DNA of 38,308 bases from positions 1-38,308 of the IMG/VR virus record IMGVR_UViG_3300043410_000662, one strand, 5' to 3'. Under the pieces are notes generated by a model. That model was not told the origin of the DNA. It did not search any database and saw nothing but the letters and a program-made list of their open reading frames with translations. Shown here piece after piece: positions 10,701 through 18,988 of the stretch. The position numbers were made by a program, and so were the translations under genes. Every line of letters starts with the position of its first letter. Within the stretch, counting starts at the first letter, position 1. This DNA is from a virus (Duplodnaviria; Caudoviricetes).

Positions 10701-11282
10701 AGTTCCACCAGTAACACGAACGTTAGTGATATCACCTAGAACACTTGTTCCAGTAACAATAAGTCCAGTTAGGTTAGCACTACCAGAGATATTTGCTGCT
10801 GCTAATCCAGAGAGACCGGCACCATTACCAGCGAAGTTAGTTGCTGTTAGGGTATTGCTTGATGATGAGAAAGTTAGGGCATTGCTACCTTCAAAAGCAC
10901 CGTTGCTGTTGAACTGTACTTGTGAGTTGCTGCCGCCAGCTGCTGTTGTAGCACTTGTGAATGATAGATTACCAGCGCCATCTGTTTTAATAAACTGACC
11001 AACGGTGCCGCCAGTGATAGAGATATTACCAATGTTTCCTAGAGTAGACTTACCGCTGACAGTAAGATTACCAGCAGTTACGACTCCGTTTGCGTATGTT
11101 AGATTAGGTGAAGCAGCAAAGTCATTGGTAGAGCCTTTGTATTGTATCTCACCAACATTACCAGCAACAACACTATTAGTGTTAAACTCGCCTAACACAA
11201 AGTTTACCGACATGTTATCGGTAATAGTAAGATTAGCTTGTACGCCTTCAGAGACGCCTAGAGAGAAATTAATGTCGCTCAT
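7770..11282 (-). CDS. Long tail fibre protein with C-terminal propeller-like domain (1170 aa)
   Basis: N-terminal half has GQ.L.TDG.GNLSW and about eight NL.GNA..YL.G.G.W repeats; C-terminal part has Asp-box/BNR-like motifs (KTTDGANW, RSTNGVDW, TSPDGLTW). Confidence 0.85.
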   Translation of the reverse strand: MSDINFSLGVSEGVQANLTITDNMSVNFVLGEFNTNSVVAGNVGEIQYKGSTNDFAASPNLTYANGVVTAGNLTVSGKSTLGNIGNISITGGTVGQFIKTDGAGNLSFTSATTAAGGSNSQVQFNSNGAFEGSNALTFSSSSNTLTATNFAGNGAGLSGLAAANISGSANLTGLIVTGTSVLGDITNVRVTGGTNGQVLRTDGTGNLSWGTGSTGNIGATNLDGNANTYLAGDGTWKTYATGNIISTNLNGNAQEILTGAGTYIAAANTGATGNIAVLNLSGNANTYLDGSGNWTTLVIPNIGNIANLSLSGNANTYLDGSGNWTAITLDPTRIVNGNSNVSITSNGGNVTVGINGTANIVQIHEGGVAVDGYLETTSRVYPESLEVVNIANLIIPGGNSGEVLSTNGTGVLSWKAVANGNIGAVSLTGNSGQVLLGNGTWSTYRSGNIGDINLTVASNTATSSVLSANGAWTALGNLSSSNLSGNAAQYLAGDGTWKASPTGNIVSTNLDGNASNVLLGNGVFSSFDGILANNTGNITANVVTANAVQLQDTTEPNSTITITANSNGTTYTLTLPITGGTAGQALFTGGNGQLYWGTAGASGNTETIVDTFFTGTTATSLTNTDEIVTWTFDNTYSPSAAQFGSFSNSTPNYVTYNIGSGYGSNTVYLGAVYNNTTIVIRKTTDGANWEGVSAATRNYTMSGDGTSAMVRNGNNLAFFTIENLNGGSPQPKVTNINLSTGNITYGSIGSAVSSVQFYSMGSVGSSGYLLSRYFASGAGQYTSTITKLNNTGDLSLGTTVFSLTGSQAHFIRPDYVYFAAGADGYKYFICMAYDPDAIPAGYSIRSSNTENNFVVRTTPGISSYTRMCASPTAMLLSASYTTDPGVRYLFRSTNGVDWSGVRPFDVNHIVWDGTRFIIDGTDGVNLGLFTSPDGLTWTYASSRRMSPDTQGSDCIAATETIEVLGSTEVTGASYAPKIQQTSYSIVLPAHASYSQQTLTYTPTLGASTDIQAQTLGNLVIAARPTYTASYPSTGVVTVDTNSGGAIADVSQIQNGMAPTGNLSLSITQGTSVAASTRDTVIFVDQGSGSTYTYSPAYSESLSTLVNNVVAGETLSNWSAGVQSATASNATARWTKTSSGYSAPDKRIAVTVSPGTSSTLAVATYTINTGS

Positions 11283-11752
11283 TATCCGAACCTCACAACA
11301 ATACCAACTAGCAGTTTGCGTACATTATTAAAACCTGAGATTGCGCTTGGATACTGGCACTTGATTGTAATAATGTTAAGCATAGTGTTGTCGCCATCAG
11401 CGGTGACAAGGGAGCTAGGATTAGGGTTGACTCCAGCGGGAATAGTTAAGTAGGCTGTTCCGGCAAGTGGGGTAACATTAGTGATCTCAAGACCACTATA
11501 TGAGGTACCAACACTGCCTTGGTCTGTAAATGATGAGATAGACGCTAGTGAGCCATCACCGCTGTAAGAGGTAGTTGCTGTGTATAGATCGGTAGTTACT
11601 GTGAAAGTCCAGTTGGTAAGGTCAACTGGTGAGCCATCGCTGTTTGTGATGCTTACAGGTAAAACATACTGTTCGCCTAAGCGGATCTCGATCATTGAGA
11701 TCTCTACGCCACCGACAATATGCTTTTTAAAGTTGCTGAGTTTTAAACTCAT
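11282..11752 (-). CDS. BppU-like baseplate/fibre adaptor (156 aa)
   Basis: GEQYVLPVSITNSDGSPVDLTNWTF...GTAYLTIP pattern; its stop overlaps the following fibre start (TAATG). Confidence 0.65.
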   Translation of the reverse strand: MSLKLSNFKKHIVGGVEISMIEIRLGEQYVLPVSITNSDGSPVDLTNWTFTVTTDLYTATTSYSGDGSLASISSFTDQGSVGTSYSGLEITNVTPLAGTAYLTIPAGVNPNPSSLVTADGDNTMLNIITIKCQYPSAISGFNNVRKLLVGIVVRFG

Positions 11753-11851
11753 TGGATGCCTTTCCGAGCTACGGCTCGATTTGAGGGGACTACGGTCTAC
11801 TCATACTAATATTTATCATAGTTTGAAAAAAGACCGTAGCTTGTGATTGTT
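11753..11851 (-). promoter_or_regulatory. Intergenic late-promoter-like motif GATAAATA (11810-11817) plus two CGTA-loop hairpins before the fibre operon
   Basis: Minus strand reads GATAAATA ttagtatgagta GAC-CGTA-GTC ccctcaaat CGAGC-CGTA-GCTCG gaaaggcatccaATG; a 9-bp inverted repeat (11790-11798 / 11831-11839) brackets the motif. Confidence 0.6.
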
Positions 11852-14800
11852 TTATCGCTTGTACTCTGTGACCATAATGAATGGACCACCAGTCCAGATA
11901 CGAGCGCCTTTAAGATTACCTAGAACTAACCAGTAGGTAACAGTAGTGTCCTTCTTGTAGTCATGGTCAATAATAGTTGCTGTAATTGACTCACCGTTCA
12001 GAATCTGCTGTGTAGTTGTAGTCGCTGAGGTGTCGTTTACAAGAATATTACTGCCACGATACCAAATACGCTGGTAGTCAAAACTCTCGTCAGCACCAAA
12101 GTTCAGGTTGGTAATCGTAAAGGTTGGTACTTGGTATGCTACTTCTTGTGCTGTAAGGATGATACTATCACCACCAACGCTCCAGCGATTCCATACAGGT
12201 ACGGCGTCGATGGTGTTTAGGTGTCGTGTTGTTGGACTTGCGACTACAGACCAAGAGGTAATATTATCGTCACGAGCAGTAATGATAGTTCCATTATCTC
12301 CAACAGCGACCCAACGACCTGCTGACTGAGTTGCGCTGTTTCTGTGATAGCGAACTTGGTTTAGGTTCTGTGTAGTAGGGCTTGTTACTTGTGTCCAGTT
12401 AGCACCGTTGTCTGTAGATACTACAATAAAACCGCCTTTACCAACAGCAACCCAGCGACATGAGCTAGAGTTTATCTTGTTATCGCCAGCGACACTGTAT
12501 AAGTCGTTTAGTAGTGGTGTTGTTGTATCATTACCGTTAGCGTCTTTTACATATATGCGCTTTTGTGTCCATTGAATAAACGGAGTGGAGTATGATGGCT
12601 CAAAGTCAGCATTCTTACTGCTAACAAGAATAGTACATGAGTGACCGACAACAACAACTGTATAGTTTCTAAGGTTATCAAGTGCGTTACTGTACACACC
12701 ACGAAGTGGTTGTAGCGTATTGCTGTTTTCTTTTCTAGTTTTCGCACTACCATAGTAGTTGTACAGCACACTAGTAGACTCGTCGCCATAATTGTCAGGG
12801 CTAAGCATACCAGTTCTATATGTAGCAAAGATAGTTCCCGCATCACCTACAGAATAGTAAAGATGATATGCGGAAGGACTACTGGAGAACTTATTGTACA
12901 GAGTGCGACCTCCTGGATTGACTGCTACTTGAATATCATTTATAGTTGGCTGTTTTGCGTCCGAAATACTAAACGATGGATACACAGAATTTGTGACGGG
13001 GTTCCATAATGACTGACTTGGATTCCACCAGATAGGTCTAAAATTTGGATCCTTAGACTGTCTACGAGCACCAGCATTGACTGCGCCGATGTACCCGTGA
13101 GTCTCAATCTTCTGAGATGGACCAACATAGTCACCACCCATAACAAGACCAGTACCATTAGTTGTGTATGTTGAGTCTGCTAAGAGTGTAACATGGCTGT
13201 TCATAGTAACGTTATCTGTGTCATTACGATACTGAGACCAAGTAACGCCGCCATCGTAACTGATGTAGTCAAGCCCACCTGTTCCAACAGCAGTAACTAC
13301 TGGATTAGCAGTATTTGCGTTTGTAGTACTAATGGGAATGGAGCCGTTGTATGTTCCAACATCATAACTGTGCTTAACGCTTAAAACTCGTTTACCGTAG
13401 TATGAGCTTGGCTTACTCTTCCATACTTCTACAAAGTTGTAGGTAGTGTTAGCGTTACCTTCAGCAACAATACTACAAGAAATCTGAACTTCAATTCGTG
13501 GACCTTCTGTATACATGGTATTACCTGTAACATCACCATCGGTTGTAGTATTGATTGTAACGCCGCCTGCTGGTATGATTGAGCGTGTGTTTGCTGGCCA
13601 CATAGGGCTAGCAGTTCCCCAGTTATAGTATGGAGCGATAGCAATAGCAGGATCGTCTTGATTACTACGGCTCTGCTGAGCAGTACCAATAGCAAGCATA
13701 CTTGTAGTAACACTATTAGCAATCAGTGCGCCAGCTTCAATCAAGTTGTCTACATACAGTGAGTTACCAATACTAACGGTTCCACCAAAACGAGCATTAC
13801 CTGTGTTAGCTTGTAGCCAGTAGCCTGGACTACTGTTGTCACCAAGAACGAACTGTAAGTACGGCTTGCTTGCTGGATTAGGTGTCCATACCTGTGTTGT
13901 TGCTTGTGAAGCAAATGGGATAGTTAGGGCACTATTAAGGAATAAGCCAATCTCAGTAACACTAATAACCTTAGCATAGAACACCTGTCCAATCCAAGAC
14001 GAACTTGGTGCGTTATATGGGATAGTTACCTTAGGTGGTGTCTTGCCACTCCATGTAGGGAATGAACCTTGTGCGACAGTTACGGTTGTTGCTGCTCCTA
14101 GCGTAATCGAGTTAATAGTAACGGTATTGTTACTGTAGATATCACCAGAGATAATCAGGTTAGCGGCAAGTGAGTTGGTAGTGATAGCGCCAGCAGCAAT
14201 CTTGTCTGCTGTAACTGATCTTGCCTGTAGCTTGTCTGTTGTGATTGAGTTAGCAAGTATCTTGTCGCTGGTAATAGCATTAGCAACGATACTAACGCTA
14301 GTAATTGAGTTAGCAGCAATCTTGTCGCTGGTAATAACGTTAGCAGCCAGCTTATCAGTAGTGATAGCGTTTGCCTGTATCATATTACTAGTGATAGAGT
14401 TAGCCTGAATAGTTACTGCTGTAAGAACGTTGGCAGCAAGTTTGTCACTAGTGATAGAGGCAGCAACAATCTTATCACTGGTGATTGTGTTAGCAGCCAG
14501 CTTGTCTGTAGTAATAGCATTAGCGGCAATCTTGTCTGCTGTGATAATATTAGCAGCAAGTTTGTCAGTAGTGATTGTGGCACCAGATATTTTGTCACCA
14601 GTAATAGTATTACCAACAATCTTGTTGCCAGTAAGAGTATTACCTTTGATCTGATCACCAACCAAGCTGTTTGCTGATATTGACTCGCCTGGAACTGTAA
14701 ACACAGCAACAGACCATTGGGGAGTAGATGCTCCATAGAACTTTCTTGGACTGCTTATCCCACTAGTTGTGTTTACAAAGTAGGCACCATCACCATCAAT

Positions 14801-17266
14801 AGGATTACTATACCCTGTTGTTGAGCAGAAAGAAGTAGTTAGTGATGAGTCCGTAGCAGTAGTAGGGTTGTATGTAACAGGTACATATGCTAGAGCGACA
14901 ATACCACGACTACCACTACCACCATCTGTGCCTTTAGTACCAGCCTTTACTTTTGTAACTTGAATACTTGTAGTTGGTAATAAAGTAATAGCCCCACTAC
15001 TATTTTTGTAGGTACACCCTACCATAGTAACGGTTGCTTGATCCGTAGTTAGAGAGTTTACTGTAAAGCCAATGTTATTACTAGCAGTGCTATAGATAGG
15101 AGCACTGACTGTAATGCCTGATGATATGTTTATCGCAGATAGCGTCCAAGTATTGTTAGGCTGTGTTCCAACTGCGCTGTATGTCCACACAGGCACAGTT
15201 TCTGTTCCTATCTTAAGACTAACTGCGCCCTTTTGTCCAATAACTGTAACGGTACCTGTGCTATCACTAGGGCAGAATAGTGCTGTTGGACTCCACTCAA
15301 AGGTAGTTCCGCTTGTTCCACTAGCAACCGTTGTTGGGTTCCAGTTGATTGATACTGGATCACTAAACTCACTCTTCTTTTGGAAACCAACGGCACGAAC
15401 ACGCCAGTAGTAAGTTCCTTGTGGTAATCCAAGAACAGTTGTGCTCTCTGGATCACTGGTTTTGTAGTTGCTGTTGCTACTGTGATACTGTGTTGCGTAC
15501 AGCTTGTAACTATTGTTGGTGTTGTTACTTGTAGTCGAGTACCAAAACTCCATTGCTGAGGTTACACCAGTAGATGATGTCAAGCAGTTAACTTGGAATG
15601 ACGGAGCAGCAGCAGTTGAGATGATATTACTGATTGTTGGTGTTAGAGGCTTAGTTAGGTTATTAGGGTCAGTAACTTGGTTAGCAGGTGGTGGTGTGTA
15701 CTCTCTGATACTCTTGTCGTCATATACCTTGTATGTATACTCACTAAGCTGAAACTTACAGATAACTGTACCATCAGTACCAGTGTTTTCTTGAACTTGT
15801 AAGACACGATATTCTTTCAAATCCCATCTTAGTCCTGTTCCACCAAAGGGTGCGTATGTTACACACACTACATCGCCAGCATCAACCTGAATAGCGCTGT
15901 AGTCTGCCGTAAGCTCAATAATAAAGTCAGCACGACACTGCTCTAGTTTTCTGTTAGCAACATACTGAGCACGAGCGTTGTTATTAACGAACGGTAAACT
16001 AACACGAATCTGATTGTCTGGCTCGTTTTTATTACGCAAGTTAGCGCCTGTGTATGAATAGGCAAAATCAACTTGGTCTTTGATAGTAGTATTAGGGAAA
16101 CTTACCTCAAGACTGTTTGGTGTGCTGTTCATATCAAGCGGAGTGATAGAGATACCACCAATAATATTGCTGTCGGTGAACTGGAATAGTTGTAATTTCT
16201 CTGCGTCAGTTGCTTCTCGATTGCGATAACTATCGCTTAGATACTGACGATTAGCAATAATACTCCACTGCCCTAATCCTTCATTAAACTGAACAAACGA
16301 ATCACAGCACTCTGCCATTGTTAGTAGGTTGCTCATGATTGAGCGAGATGTATCTAAGACACCATCAAAACGATATCTGTTGAAAGTGGATGTTTGATTG
16401 TCGTAGGTAGTAAAAGTTATTTGAGTATCAGCATACACATCAAGCGCATCAAAACTTGCCTTGTTGACCTGTGAAGCTGGTAGTCCAGCACCGTAGCGAC
16501 TATTAGTTAGATACTCATACATAGCAGCACCTGGTCGATAGCCAGTGGTTAGTCCTGTCTGTGTGTTCATTGTCTGAATGGTAACCTTAGACAAGCCTGT
16601 AACGTTATCATCTTGACTATACACCAACTTAACAATAATAAATGCTGTCTTGTAGTATCGCTTGGTACTATCCCAACGCTGTGCTTCTGGAATACCACTC
16701 TGATTCATTACCTCAATAGCAGTTGCTGTTGTTCCACGAGTTGGGCTACTACTACCATCATTGTAGAAGTATACCCACATATTGTCATTAATTTTGGTAT
16801 CAACTACACCAGTACCATCAGTAAAACTAACAACCTTGTTAACATCTGCTCCAGTACCAAAGTTACACTTCTTGTCACCCCAGTACATATCACCAAAGGT
16901 AATAGTACCGCCATCCGTAACCTCAGAGATAGGCATAACATACCACATGGTTTGGTTGTCGCTTGATATCTTAGCATCAGTAATGATTGGTGATGCCCAT
17001 GCTGTACCAAATACTACAGGTAGTTTGTTATCTGTAGCAGGTGGTAGCTGCTGTCGATTTCCTGGATCTGCGTTACTAGCACCGTCTTTAGGGTCTTCTG
17101 GTTTTGGTGCGAATATACTACTAACAATCATTGACCCTAGCAAGCGTAAGCCAAGTCCAGGTGCGTAGATAGCAAGAGCAACCGCAGCGATAGCGGTTAG
17201 CGGATTACTAATAATGGCTTTTACTGTACCAACAACAGCATTGGCAACTTTCTTAACGGCACCCAT
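11852..17266 (-). CDS. Central tail tip / host-specificity protein (lambda gpJ-like, 1804 aa)
   Basis: N-terminal LPVVFG...LTNSRYGAGL...FDGVLD tip/hub region, AIQVDAGDVV.V, FN3 motif (GTYYWRVRAV), 10-aa ITxDK(I/L)AAN repeats, C-terminal WVAVG..G.I..S.D.G..W propeller repeats; follows TMP, Dit and DUF2163-like genes. Confidence 0.9.
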   Translation of the reverse strand: MGAVKKVANAVVGTVKAIISNPLTAIAAVALAIYAPGLGLRLLGSMIVSSIFAPKPEDPKDGASNADPGNRQQLPPATDNKLPVVFGTAWASPIITDAKISSDNQTMWYVMPISEVTDGGTITFGDMYWGDKKCNFGTGADVNKVVSFTDGTGVVDTKINDNMWVYFYNDGSSSPTRGTTATAIEVMNQSGIPEAQRWDSTKRYYKTAFIIVKLVYSQDDNVTGLSKVTIQTMNTQTGLTTGYRPGAAMYEYLTNSRYGAGLPASQVNKASFDALDVYADTQITFTTYDNQTSTFNRYRFDGVLDTSRSIMSNLLTMAECCDSFVQFNEGLGQWSIIANRQYLSDSYRNREATDAEKLQLFQFTDSNIIGGISITPLDMNSTPNSLEVSFPNTTIKDQVDFAYSYTGANLRNKNEPDNQIRVSLPFVNNNARAQYVANRKLEQCRADFIIELTADYSAIQVDAGDVVCVTYAPFGGTGLRWDLKEYRVLQVQENTGTDGTVICKFQLSEYTYKVYDDKSIREYTPPPANQVTDPNNLTKPLTPTISNIISTAAAPSFQVNCLTSSTGVTSAMEFWYSTTSNNTNNSYKLYATQYHSSNSNYKTSDPESTTVLGLPQGTYYWRVRAVGFQKKSEFSDPVSINWNPTTVASGTSGTTFEWSPTALFCPSDSTGTVTVIGQKGAVSLKIGTETVPVWTYSAVGTQPNNTWTLSAINISSGITVSAPIYSTASNNIGFTVNSLTTDQATVTMVGCTYKNSSGAITLLPTTSIQVTKVKAGTKGTDGGSGSRGIVALAYVPVTYNPTTATDSSLTTSFCSTTGYSNPIDGDGAYFVNTTSGISSPRKFYGASTPQWSVAVFTVPGESISANSLVGDQIKGNTLTGNKIVGNTITGDKISGATITTDKLAANIITADKIAANAITTDKLAANTITSDKIVAASITSDKLAANVLTAVTIQANSITSNMIQANAITTDKLAANVITSDKIAANSITSVSIVANAITSDKILANSITTDKLQARSVTADKIAAGAITTNSLAANLIISGDIYSNNTVTINSITLGAATTVTVAQGSFPTWSGKTPPKVTIPYNAPSSSWIGQVFYAKVISVTEIGLFLNSALTIPFASQATTQVWTPNPASKPYLQFVLGDNSSPGYWLQANTGNARFGGTVSIGNSLYVDNLIEAGALIANSVTTSMLAIGTAQQSRSNQDDPAIAIAPYYNWGTASPMWPANTRSIIPAGGVTINTTTDGDVTGNTMYTEGPRIEVQISCSIVAEGNANTTYNFVEVWKSKPSSYYGKRVLSVKHSYDVGTYNGSIPISTTNANTANPVVTAVGTGGLDYISYDGGVTWSQYRNDTDNVTMNSHVTLLADSTYTTNGTGLVMGGDYVGPSQKIETHGYIGAVNAGARRQSKDPNFRPIWWNPSQSLWNPVTNSVYPSFSISDAKQPTINDIQVAVNPGGRTLYNKFSSSPSAYHLYYSVGDAGTIFATYRTGMLSPDNYGDESTSVLYNYYGSAKTRKENSNTLQPLRGVYSNALDNLRNYTVVVVGHSCTILVSSKNADFEPSYSTPFIQWTQKRIYVKDANGNDTTTPLLNDLYSVAGDNKINSSSCRWVAVGKGGFIVVSTDNGANWTQVTSPTTQNLNQVRYHRNSATQSAGRWVAVGDNGTIITARDDNITSWSVVASPTTRHLNTIDAVPVWNRWSVGGDSIILTAQEVAYQVPTFTITNLNFGADESFDYQRIWYRGSNILVNDTSATTTTQQILNGESITATIIDHDYKKDTTVTYWLVLGNLKGARIWTGGPFIMVTEYKR
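14148..14680 (-). repeat. About 17-18 tandem 30-bp (10-aa) coding repeats, consensus (I/L)AANxITxDK
   Basis: Visible in the translation (LAANIITADK IAANAITTDK LAANTITSDK ...) and as recurring ttagcagcaa..ttgtc on the + strand. Confidence 0.9.
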
Positions 17267-17682
17267 TATTTGTTCTCCAAGTGAAAGGTTAGACAGTAGG
17301 TCATATCTTCACCTAAGTCAACCTTTTTAATAGTATACTTAAGATGTGGATAGTGTGATGATTGTAGCTCTACTAGCGCTGAGATATCAGGATTATCGTA
17401 GTAGGTACACGCTGACTTGTTATCTATACTCCATAGCTCTAACTGTTTGACTACCTCGTGTACCAGCTGCTCTGGTGTTCCACCATTGATTGTGTGAAAC
17501 TCAATGTCTTGTGTTGTTAGACGATCCCAGATAATAATAACATTGCTACTGATTACGGCACGACCAAGATTAGTAAGATAGCGACTAACATTGTTAGTGT
17601 ACTCTTCTAAAGAGTAGTCTCTACCACCGTGATTTCTCTCGTAGTCTGCCTTGATGATTGATTTTACGGCGTCTGTTATCAT
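17266..17682 (-). CDS. Hypothetical tail-module protein (138 aa; possibly GNAT-like fold)
   Basis: Overlaps both neighbours; EFHTING...TYYDNP motif; occupies the slot between the DUF2163-like and tip genes. The fold is a guess from position. Confidence 0.55.
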   Translation of the reverse strand: MITDAVKSIIKADYERNHGGRDYSLEEYTNNVSRYLTNLGRAVISSNVIIIWDRLTTQDIEFHTINGGTPEQLVHEVVKQLELWSIDNKSACTYYDNPDISALVELQSSHYPHLKYTIKKVDLGEDMTYCLTFHLENK

Positions 17683-18281
17683 GCTTTTTTACCAAAGTCA
17701 AAGGCGGTGCCGCTAAGTGAGGCTACTTGGGACATAGCAGTATCAGTAACTCCGCTTGGTAGTTTCTGTGCCCAACTATTTGTGTTTGTTTTCCTGCCGC
17801 TAAACATACCTTCTAGTAGGTATTTGTTAGCGCTACAGTTTAGAACCAAGTTCATTGTGTTTTCTTGTAGCTTATACTCTTCATCGGTAGTGTAGCTGGT
17901 AACTGTGCCTGTAAAGCGCAGATAAGTCTTAGTAAGAGTTAGATTATCGTCATAGAATCCACGCCAAATACGAATAGAGCTGCCTTTTGTTGCTCTATCT
18001 ACTACAAGAAACACACTCTCTGGATCAACACCCATTAAGATAATACTAGTCTCAAACTGCGTAGCCTTAATATCTCGCTGCTGTGTGCCTATCTGTACTA
18101 GACCACCTAAGCTGTCAAATACACGATTAACACCATCAACAATGATGTTTTCGTCTTTGTATGCTGTGCTGAAATAGTAGCGAGTTGGTTGGTCAGTAGC
18201 AAGATCGTACTTAATCCACTCTACGAACTCTGCTGACTTGATTGAGGTTTTGTTGTTTACTTCATTGATTACTGTTGTCAT
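17679..18281 (-). CDS. Minor tail / baseplate hub-like protein (DUF2163-like, 200 aa)
   Basis: Y.STAY...F..LGGLVQI....RDI......I.L.GVD...G..I.IWRGFYD...RF.G.V pattern; position after Dit. Confidence 0.7.
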   Translation of the reverse strand: MTTVINEVNNKTSIKSAEFVEWIKYDLATDQPTRYYFSTAYKDENIIVDGVNRVFDSLGGLVQIGTQQRDIKATQFETSIILMGVDPESVFLVVDRATKGSSIRIWRGFYDDNLTLTKTYLRFTGTVTSYTTDEEYKLQENTMNLVLNCSANKYLLEGMFSGRKTNTNSWAQKLPSGVTDTAMSQVASLSGTAFDFGKKA

Positions 18282-18290
18282 TTGTTTCCT

Positions 18291-18980
18291 TTATCCGACA
18301 TACTCAACAAGTGAGAAGTTGTCAGACCACTCTATTCTAGCATTATTTATGACCACTCCATTCAGCACTGTATAAGCGCCAGGCAGAAGTTTGTATGTTG
18401 GCATGTTTACACACACTACCTTAAACTGTACATCATTACCCCAGTTTAGTGTTTGCCCAATAACATTGTTACCCATAAAGTTTCCACGATGTGTAGTAAC
18501 TGTAACACGACTAGAGTTATCAACAGCTACACCAAACACATCGTTTACTATAGTCATTGGGTAAGGATAGTTAGTAATCTGTACGATATCACCAGCAGCA
18601 AATATCTTTGTTGTTGATGAATAGGTATTACTAGGAAGCTGTAGTCGCAGTTGGTTACCAGTAAATGATAACACCGTTGTTGCTGCTCTCTGCTCGGCAG
18701 TAAGATCACCTTGATACATAAACATCCAAGCAAAATTAGTTAAACTAGAAAAACTAATGATGCTAGGTGTCGAGCGATCTAAATGATCAATCGTCTCTAA
18801 TACTTTTCTTGCGTCACTATACTTAAGTGAGCTTGTAGCACGAACTGTAATCTTCCAAGGGTTGCGTGTTGGTGTCTCTGCTGTTCTAATAATCTCGTTG
18901 CGTGTGTACATAATACCAACAACACGACGACGATTAATCTCTATTTGATCACTGATGTTTATTATTGTTTGTAGACTCAT
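18291..18980 (-). CDS. Putative distal tail (Dit-like) protein (229 aa)
   Basis: First gene after the tape measure; PWKITV, AGDIVQI and terminal F.LVE features of siphovirus distal tail proteins. Confidence 0.6.
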   Translation of the reverse strand: MSLQTIINISDQIEINRRRVVGIMYTRNEIIRTAETPTRNPWKITVRATSSLKYSDARKVLETIDHLDRSTPSIISFSSLTNFAWMFMYQGDLTAEQRAATTVLSFTGNQLRLQLPSNTYSSTTKIFAAGDIVQITNYPYPMTIVNDVFGVAVDNSSRVTVTTHRGNFMGNNVIGQTLNWGNDVQFKVVCVNMPTYKLLPGAYTVLNGVVINNARIEWSDNFSLVEYVG

Positions 18981-18988
18981 AGTATTCC

